Part shown: piece by piece, positions 37,251 through 46,529 of the stretch
Layout of the letters: each line of letters begins with the position of its first letter
How positions within the stretch are numbered: position 1 is the first letter of the stretch
Origin: Octopus bimaculoides
Lineage: Eukaryota
Direction of reading: 5' to 3'
DNA: 46,529 nucleotides
Assembly: GCF_001194135.2 (NCBI RefSeq)
Contig: NC_068990.1
Location: forward strand, 38,560,655 to 38,607,183
Translations under genes and position numbers: made by a program
The notes under the pieces: model-generated
What the model saw: the letters and a program-made list of their open reading frames with translations, nothing else
Told to the model about the DNA's origin: nothing
The model's database searches: none

Positions 37251-37282
37251 GCTCGTCGCCCAAGTATTGATAAGAATAATAC

Positions 37283-37497
37283 TTTCTACTATAGGCACAA
37301 AGAGTGAAATTTTAGGGGAGTGGCTACTCGCTTTCATGGACTCCCATATTTGTAAAATCATTATTTTACCTACCCCGAGAGGATGAAAGACAAAATCGAA
37401 CTTGGAAGAATTCTAACTCGGAACGTAAAGAAGGGCGAAATTCCGCGAAGTATCTTAGTTTATTCGGCGCGCAAATGATTTTGTTAGATCGCTGCCT
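37283..37497 (-). mobile_element. Old, diverged SINE of the 2997-3223 family
   Basis: TTTCTACTATAGGCACAA tail and GGATGAAAGACAAAATCGAAC...AACTCGGAACGTAA body. Confidence 0.72.
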
Positions 37498-37656
37498 TAC
37501 AAATAATTTTGATACAATGAGTACTGCTGTTGTTACTGACACTGTTGGTATGGACGAATCGTTAGAACCCTCCGGTATTTTTCTACAGCTCTTAGCATTC
37601 TGAGTTCAAATTTTCCATCCCTCATTTCGGGGACCATGATATATTCTACAAGTAAA

Positions 37657-37898
37657 CTACTGAATGCAGGGATGTCCCGCAGTTGACTTGTCTTTTCACT
37701 TCAAACTTACTTGTCTTGCCATAGAAAAAAATTGGTTGAGAACCCCTGCTTTAGAGTGTTGGAAAAATACTCTGGTGTTACTTTTTCGAATCATTAGCTT
37801 CTGGGTTCAAATTCACTGAATTCAGCTTTGACATTTTTTTCTCTGGTATTGGGTCTATTTGATTCACTAACCTCTCCATGTCGGTATTGCTAGCCTAG
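37657..37898 (+). repeat. Copy 1 of a ~242 bp local direct duplication (copy 2 at 39502-39742)
   Basis: 10 substitutions and 1 indel between the copies by manual alignment (~95%). Confidence 0.97.
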
Positions 37899-39501
37899 AT
37901 CCTAAATTAGACTTATGTTATTAACATCAATACTGCACCATTTTGATTAGTGCCATATTCAATGGTATCCTAATCCTAGTGAATGAAATAAATTAATATT
38001 ATTATAATTGTAACCATATTGAAAGATCATTATTATCATACATGTCAGACCTATTTATATTTTCAATAGCGTTACTCACGTTAATGTTGTTGTGTTTATT
38101 AGTTTTTATTTCAGTATTTAGGACTTTGTATAAAACACATTTTTTGCCATAAAAACACATTTTTTTTCCATAATAAAACATTTTTTCTTACTTCATACTT
38201 TGTATTAATTTCATGTTATTTTTAGGACATATTTTTCTGTTCTCTTTTTGTCCCACCATAATTTAGTTATTTCTATACTATTTTTCACAATATTCATTGT
38301 TATATTTTGTAGATTCCCCTAATATATCTCACTTTAATTCATTTTATCTCATCGCTTATGTATCATTGTGTACTATATTTATGTATCCATTTAATGGTTC
38401 GCTCTATCTTCATTGAGTATAATCATTTTTTTCACTTTTTTTCCACGGACATGTTCTCCAACTGTACCCTATGCGCATATACTAACATACGCATTAACAC
38501 ACTATATATGTAAGTATATACATATGCGTGTGCATATGTGTGTGTCATGTACTGTTATTCACGAAGCATTCTAAAAAAATATGTTTTGTTTCATCTGTCT
38601 CTTTCCCTCTCTATCCCTAATATTTCTTATAGAATCCTTTTATCATGAAGAAGAAAAAAGAAAAGTAAAAGAAAATATCATACCGGCGCACCATGTTATA
38701 TTTGTGAAGTGAACCTCTGCACTAAATGTTTTGATGTTTTCAAAACATGTTTGTATGAAATGTTATTTTAGTTATTATTTTTTTTTCTTTCATTTAACTG
38801 GATGCGTTTCTTATAAATCTTTTTATAGTTGTTTTTATTTAGCACTAGGTCAGTCTCAATCGTGTATGCATATAATCAAAGCATTCAAACTTTGATCACT
38901 CCTTGTATACTTATATAGTTAAACTCCAAATACGTTACCTAATATTTCTCTTTACGTCCTGAGTTCAAATTCCACGAAGATGGACATTGTTTCCATACTT
39001 CCAAGTTTCCTGAAATACGTGCCATTAAAATACCTAGGTCTGTATCAATAAGTATTTCATCTTCTATAGAATTATGGTGTTGTTTCCATGTAAGAATTTA
39101 AGATAACATTATAGACTTAACATCCTGTTCAACGTTGAACTATGGTATGTACAGAATATTCTCTCAAATGATCCAAGTCCTCAGTTAGGATTTAGATGCT
39201 GATCGGATCCATTTTCTTCCATATTTTATATTTAATATCCATATTAATACAGAGAATATCTCAACCTAAAATCATTATGTACGTATAAAATTATGTGCCC
39301 ACCATAAAATCGTTATATAGTGCAAGTATTGTCTCCTTCCTTAAGCTAAGCAACCACCTATGTGTTTGTATGTATGTATGTATGTATGTATGTATGTATG
39401 TATATGTGTACAAGCAAATATGTTTCTAACTTATGTATTAGCACAAAATGCTTGTGTTCATGTGTTTGTGTCTAAAAACTAAAGAATTTATGTTTAAAAA
39501 C

Positions 39502-39742
39502 CTACTGAATGCAGGGATGTCCCGCAGTTGACTTGTCTTTTCACTTCAAACTTACTTACCTTGCCATAGAAAATAATTGGTTGAGAACCCCTGCTTTAGA
39601 GTGTTGGGAAAATACTCTGGTGTTACTTTTTCGAATCATTAGCTTCTGGGTTCAAATTCACTGAAGTCAGCTTTGACATTTTTTCTCTTGTATTAGGTCT
39701 ATTTAATTCACTAACCTCTCCATGTCAATATTGCTAGCCTAG
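39502..39742 (+). repeat. Copy 2 of the ~242 bp local direct duplication
   Basis: Aligns end to end with 37657-37898. Confidence 0.97.
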
Positions 39743-40399
39743 GATTGTTATTCATTTAAGTAATGGCTTACACAGAGACATATCCACGTATACCTAGATG
39801 TAAAATTTTGTCATTAATATCTTTAGAAATCTTCTAATCAGGGTAGTGCCATTGTAGTGCCACACAGAAGCACACTGACAAATAGAAAACGAAATTTGAG
39901 ATATCAATCATCATTTTTTTCTGGCCAAGTCTGAACTAGTTTTAAGTAAAAGATTAGATAAATAAAAAATTAAAAAAACAATATACCACTAGTTATCTAT
40001 CAACATCTCGTTATTATCTTTAATCTGTTTAATAATCTGTATGTTGTGTTTAATTTTCACTTATGTATGTCTTTGTCAATACAAATTTTATTTTCAGTAT
40101 TAACAGTCATTCTTTCCATTTTATCTATTTTCAGTTTAGGCACTCAAACTATATCCATTCGCTCTTTTTTTCTTTTTTTAATGTTGATAGTTCTATTTCA
40201 ATAATTTTCGTATTTAACTACATGCTTATGTTCGTCATTCTGTCATCACATCTTTTGGAGCGTCAGCGTTATAATTTCAGTCACAGATATCTGTGTAATA
40301 TCTTTTCTTTCTTGTGTAAGTCTGAGCAAACTAGAGCGTCTGCATATTTGTGAATGCGTACACAGACAGATGTATATATATACATAATATTTAAATATA

Positions 40400-40477
<78 letters not shown>

Positions 40478-41345
40478 NNNNNNNNNNNNNNNNNNNNNNN
40501 NNNNNNNNNNNNNNNNNNNNNNNNNNNNNNNNNNNNNNNNNNNNNNNNNNNNNNNNNNNNNNNNNNNNNNNNNNNNNNNNNNNNNNNNNNNNNNNNNNNN
40601 NNNNNNNNNNNNNNNNNNNNNNNNNNNNNNNNNNNNNNNNNNNNNNNNNNNNNNNNNNNNNNNNNNNNNNNNNNNNNNNNNNNNNNNNNNNATATATATA
40701 TATATATATATATATAGGCATGAGCATGTGTGTGTGTGTGTGTGAGGGAGAGAGAGAAAGAAAGAGAGAGTAAATGAATATACACATACACATGCATAGG
40801 CAGGCAACACGTGAAATAGAACTCTAAATATGACGATTACCTTCAATCGGAAGAAAGTTACAAAAGTTATTCAAGAGCCAATTGTTTTGTCCATGACTCT
40901 ATGATAAGCGTTTGATAAGTGCGATGCGGCAAGCTGTCTAATATGTATGCAATTATGTATGTATGTTAACCATTTGAGCGTATTTCTTAGTGGCTAACGA
41001 TATGTGCATTTCTAATCACGTGCAGAAGAAGTGGGGAGATTCCTAGCCATATGTTAAGAGCGATTCGTTGGATCATTCACTTCTGGAAGGATGGGTGTTT
41101 CATTCATCATCGTTAAGCAAACCTTTCCATAGATATTCGCTAATCAACTTGAAGAAATTTATAATTGGACCCTACTTGCAAGTTCATGCACTGTTTATAT
41201 TGATGTAAGATTACCATGTTGCGCACATATAGTTGTGATACATATGCTTGGTGTACACTTACTGGATAGGTAGACATGACGGGTAGTCATGATGGACTTC
41301 CTATATTTGTATCCCAGTGTCACTTTGATGGCATGCGCTGCTCTC

Positions 41346-41406
<61 letters not shown>

Positions 41407-41639
41407 TGAGCAGCGCAACCCCCCGCCAAAGCAACGCCAATGTCCTCTCAGCGATTAGTCAGAGATGATTTTTAAAATGAAAATATCTGAAATAAACTCG
41501 TCTGCTCTCACAAGCAAGAATACTGAAAATGAACCCGACCGATCTCAAAAATTAAGTAAAAAAAGAAAAACGGAAAAAATAATCCCAAATCCCTGTCCGG
41601 TGCCTCATCGACTCCACTGGTGGTCATGGAATGTGATGG

Positions 41640-41950
41640 TGGGTGTGCGGCCCGTGTTTCTAATGTTGTGTGTGTATCGTCAGCAGTGGGAACAGACAGT
41701 TTTCTCTTTGAAGACCTTTTGTTTTTAGTCTATCCACTGATAGAGTGTATTTACGACCATTAAGGTTTATAGCGAAATAATGATCCGTGCGTGAAAAAAA
41801 ACGGAAAAGACTTGCATACGGTGCCTTTAAGGGAAGTTTAACAACTTTGTTGTGCACAATAACGTGAATCCAAGAAGTAAAGCTTCCTTCAAGGCAGAGC
41901 TAGAAATGCAATTGTCAAGTAGGTAAGGTGTTCTAAACAGAAGCGATATA
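41640..41950 (-). mobile_element. Gypsy LTR-retrotransposon integrase C-terminal (GPY/F region) fragment
   Basis: HNKVVKLPLKAPYASLFRFFSRTDHYFAINLNGRKYTLSVDRLK resembles R.D.VR.PLQPPY.GP..V..R.DK.F.L..NG...TVS.DRLK. Confidence 0.75.
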
Positions 41951-42261
41951 TTCAAAATTGGTAAAACTAAAAATTGTCGAAGATAAATTAAATTTATTAT
42001 TGTTACTGAATATGTCACTGTTTTTTGATTTCTGAACGGTGTTGCTGCCGCTTATTTATGTAGTTTCATTACTTTTATCCATCAGTTTCTACTAAGATAG
42101 AGACGCGAGTAAAATTTATAATAAAGAAACGAAAATAAAACTTTGGGAACAGTAGCGCTTCCAAAACTTACATGGGAACCATGAACGTGCTTTTAAGGGA
42201 GATAATCAGAGAAAGACTTGAAAGGAACGTAAGATCGTAATACTTTGTGTAAAGTAACGTA

Positions 42262-42437
42262 AACATAACAAGTAATCCAGAATCCTTGTCCGGTACCGGA
42301 TCGACCCCCAAAATCTAATCAGTTCGTGCTAGTCACGAGGCCAAACATCTCTAAAAGTTTCATCTGAATATCCATCCAACGGTTCTTGAGATATCTTGTC
42401 CAGAAACAAAAAGAAAGACTGTAAACAATACCTCCGA
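42262..42437 (+). mobile_element. Truncated non-autonomous DNA element, possibly Helentron/HINE-like
   Basis: AATCCAGAATCCTTGTCCGGTACCGGATCGACCCCCAAAATCTAATCAGTTC...AACAATACCTCCG resembles a common invertebrate repeat. It is cut before the expected 3' hairpin. Family assignment is from recall only. Confidence 0.4.
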
Positions 42438-42449
42438 ATGATGATGATG

Positions 42450-42496
<47 letters not shown>

Positions 42497-45139
42497 TATT
42501 ATTATTATTATTATTATTATTATAATACACATATATATACACGTACATGCATGAATTTAAGTTGAAATTTATGTGTGCGTATGTAATGGATATCTCGATA
42601 CGAGCGTAATTAATTATTGACAGTAATTCATGTATATGTACGCATATATAACATATAGAGATATACATGTGAGTGAATCTGTGTATAGGTAAGATTTGGC
42701 TTTGTACCTCGTATTCAACTGCTTGCACACGTGCTTAAACATGTTTATTGAAATTACCTTTCACGTTTCTGTCTTACAATCATGTAAATTCAGTTATTCG
42801 TTTCTTTATTTTTTTACAAAGTAATTATCTCCCTTCATTTTTATACATTCTCTTGGCTTCTGGAGGCAGTATTCTGTCATGGAGAAGGTGAAATCTGACA
42901 AGGTTTTATTTCATCGCTTGTTAAGCACAACTTTGACAAATTTTCATTTACTTAATGATTCGTAATGTAATGATTATCGAAAGGTTTTTACAACCTTTTA
43001 CCCACTCAAAAATATAACATGCAAAATGCAGATGTTCACCGATTTATTTTCTTTTTATAATTATTTCTTGATTACGTCTTTGTCTTGCCATATTTTTTCT
43101 TCTTAATTTCTTATTCGTTATTTCTTTTACATGTTAATAAATTGTTTGCTTTTCTCGAAAATTAATGATTTGTCCCACCTGCATCACTCTTAACCAGAAA
43201 AAAAATCACTTCATTGTTAAAACGTGTTCTATACATATATACAATCATATTTTTATATATCTATGTGAGTATGTGTGTATATACGTATGTACATATATGC
43301 GTGTGTGTGTGTGTGTGTGTGTATGTGTGTGTGTGTATGTGTGTGTGTAGATATGTAATTTATGTATGTGTATGTGTGGATACATATTCATTAACATTCC
43401 CATATATCTGGTGTGTCTGAAACACTAATACAAATATATTGAAATAAATAAGTAAACATATTATCAAGTTCGTTTGTTACTCTCTGACTTAAGAATATCA
43501 CCAAAAAAATTGCATAAATATAAATCAAAGAAAAATTATCGATCCCCACCCATGGTAGTCTTTTTACCAATGTTAATATAACAAATCCACTCTTATGAAG
43601 TGAATTAACGAAAAAATTCGATCTTTGCTTAACTCGTCACTTCTTTTAGCATTTAATCAACTTAGTGTGCAAATCTTTTACAAATGCTTTCTCCGTAACC
43701 AAGCTGTCAGCTTTCTTGCTTTTACACCAATTCCTATAATTTCTTACAATTTTCTGCTAAGTTTATTTATTTGTTATATTGTCTATTCTTCTTTTGATTA
43801 CTTGGATATTTTGCGAAATATTTATAACATTTTCTTTTATTATTCTTTGTATTCTTTCTCTTCATGTCACTCTTCGTCTGCAGAATTCTGAAGATTCTTT
43901 CAATGTTAGACTACCATTGTTTTACTGGGAAACGCTAAAATAAACATCAATTTTTTGTATTAAATTCTGAAATCTAATTTAAGATTAACAAAGTAATTTT
44001 AGATCTCTGTCTATATCACAATTGGATAATCCTCAAAATAGTCATCCCTTTCTTGCTTTGTAAGTGAACATTATTATTTCATGTATTAGATTTCTTTTTT
44101 TTTGTTTTTTTCTAATATTAAATCGGCTCGATATTGAACCGGTCTGTCAATGAAATACATTGATATTCATTAAACCTTCTTTGAAACATAGTTGCCTTAT
44201 TGGTCGAATCAAATTTGTTGTCGTTCATTCTTATTCGTAGTAAGAATAATAACTACGGTTATTATTCGCTATTGAACAATATTTGTCAAAAGATTAATCT
44301 AATTCGTTCTACCTGAATGTAAATTATTAAAAAACAAAAAGGGCTTATACATTTGAAATAATGTTTCACAAGGGTATTGCACCGAGAAGCCTGCAAAGAG
44401 GTGACTAAAGGTGTTTAATTCTGTAAACATACGAGACAAACGTATATTTGTCTACAACTTGGACATTGCATTACATATGAAATTAAGCTAATGTATGAAA
44501 CTGAAATTTTGAGCGAAACTAATATGGTGGCTCTTGACTTTTCACTCAAAATTAGATTAAATAATGTTTCTTGAAAAATATTATTGATAAGTAGGTTGTA
44601 AATGAGCCTTATGATAGTGTATAAAACACGTAATGAAATTCAACTAAATAGAGTTGCTAATCTAAATTAACAATCATACAAGTTTGTACAGTTGAAATGC
44701 AAATAAAGTTAATAAGATTTTTAATGAGTTCAAATAGACCTACCATACGCACAATATTTTTAAGGTATTGCTTCTAATATCTACATTCATGAAATCTGTT
44801 CACTTTAGTTTTCTTGCTAGGTTAACATTTTTAATTCTTGACATTTACAACAACCAAACTAATTCGTAAATTTTGTATGTGAACAAATTATCTCTGAATA
44901 CATGGCAGCTTGTCTCGAGCTGTCGTCTGTCATCTGCGTTCTCCTTAAGTATTTTTCTCTTTAGTATGAATATGTATTTGATATGATGATACGCCTTTTC
45001 AAAATATATACTCTCGTTTCTTTGAGTCACGCTTTCCACTAGGTTACTCTATGCGCTCTGCAAATTTTAATTCAATAAAATATAGCATTTATGTCATTCA
45101 GTATATCACGCCGGTACAGTACCAGGCATTGGCTCACGT

Positions 45140-45671
<532 letters not shown>

Positions 45672-45689
45672 GGGCATTAACCCTGAGTC

Positions 45690-45975
45690 GAAAGGGCACT
45701 CGAAGCACTAATGACCAATTTGAGAAATATGTCGAAGAAATCGGAATTCACATGAAGCAGAGCCGGCTCAAAATTCTGCTCTACTGGGGAGAGCTAGGAT
45801 TTTTGGATTCGTGCTTGTGTGTTGAATATCTTCCACGACACTTAACATCCAAGCACCAAGTCTAATAATTTGTGGAAAGAAATCCCGTGGACCTCTAACA
45901 ACAGGTTGCTATGCGCTCTCACATAATCAACCAGAGAAAATAAGACCGAGAGCTCTGAGAAGAAAAATAATAACA
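45690..45975 (+). mobile_element. R4/Dong 3' end, third family, between TAA arrays
   Basis: DQFEKYVEEIGIHM / AQNSALLGRARILDS (for AQKTALLGTARILR). The 3' UTR ends GAGAAGAAAAATAATAAC. Confidence 0.72.
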
Positions 45976-46261
45976 ATAATAATGATACAAGTAAGTAATT
46001 TGTGAGTAATGAGGTTCAAACTAATGGCAGGATTCATCCAAACCATTAATAAATACCTTTACTCCGTATGAAATTACAAGAGACATGGGCAAGAAGGCCT
46101 CTGATGCCAACGTCTCTAACTCACCATTTTCGCCGTTCATTTATATTGCTATAATTTTACTCTTTAATTTTGCTTCTACATCGTCCAACTACGTCCTTTT
46201 TTGTTTTTTCTCTTCGGCCTTTATCGTTGTTGGCCTTGCTATGGCTATCATTAACGTTACA

Positions 46262-46321
<60 letters not shown>

Positions 46322-46420
46322 TTATGTTTGACTTTTGTTTTGCATTTGTACAAGTTGGATCCAAGTCTCACCCAGAGACCTCAAGAGACAACAAGTTAGA
46401 AGTTCATGTAGGTGTTATGC
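46262..46420 (-). mobile_element. Probable R4/Dong 3' UTR with (TAA)n tail on the minus strand
   Basis: Minus strand CTCTTGAGGTCTCTGGGTGAGACTTGGATCCAACTTGTACAAATGCAAAACAAAAGTCAAACATAAA(ATA)n. Non-coding, recognised from similarity to octopus Dong 3' ends. Confidence 0.55.
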
Positions 46421-46529
46421 ATAGGGTACCATATATTTAGATTTGTACAGTTTTGTTCTAGTGAATGTTTAAGAAACCATAAGAAAATTATGTGTTTGTT
46501 TTAAAATTTGAGATCACATAGACAGTATT

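Noticed and set aside
16333-43900. Other CTGANGA matches (about 16335, 16942, 17105, 30816, 35228 and 43888 on plus; 5801, 7245, 25776, 29004, 34842, 39178 and 41676 on minus)
   Set aside because: None is followed by a stem II, GAAA, stem III and NUH arrangement.
44376-44400. miR-92-like seed TATTGCAC; also let-7-like AGTAGGTTGTA at ~44590
   Set aside because: No complementary arm or hairpin, and the rest of the mature sequence does not match.

Overview
A 46.5 kb AT-rich, microsatellite-dense animal genomic window with six assembly gaps, each next to a (TA)n or (TG)n tract. The repeat families (tRNA/CORE-type SINEs, Dong/R4 3' ends in TAA arrays) resemble those I know from octopus genomes; the species assignment is inference. 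I found no convincing host protein-coding exon, tRNA, rRNA or known miRNA. Almost all listed ORFs are microsatellite or gap artefacts, or pieces of decayed transposons. The window is a layered transposon graveyard: a Tc1-family element whose catalytic spacing counts to DD36E (Incomer-like) and carries a nested insertion; a ~2.8 kb Helitron Rep+PIF1 fossil missed by the ORF track; a second Helitron fragment; Penelope-like remnants; a mariner; L1/Tx1, Gypsy and several Dong/R4 fragments; and many SINEs. The most striking signal is three unrelated type I hammerhead-ribozyme motifs within ~3.3 kb (19.66-22.97 kb). One lies in a ~330 bp non-coding repeat present as three tandem/inverted copies (retrozyme or pLTR-like), one in a Penelope 3' end with an inverted pLTR, and one has a fully canonical catalytic core. 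A 469 bp near-perfect palindrome, a 242 bp local duplication, a pre-miRNA-sized hairpin and an orphan promoter-exon-intron cassette also merit checking. All calls come from manual reading and translation; no database searches were run.
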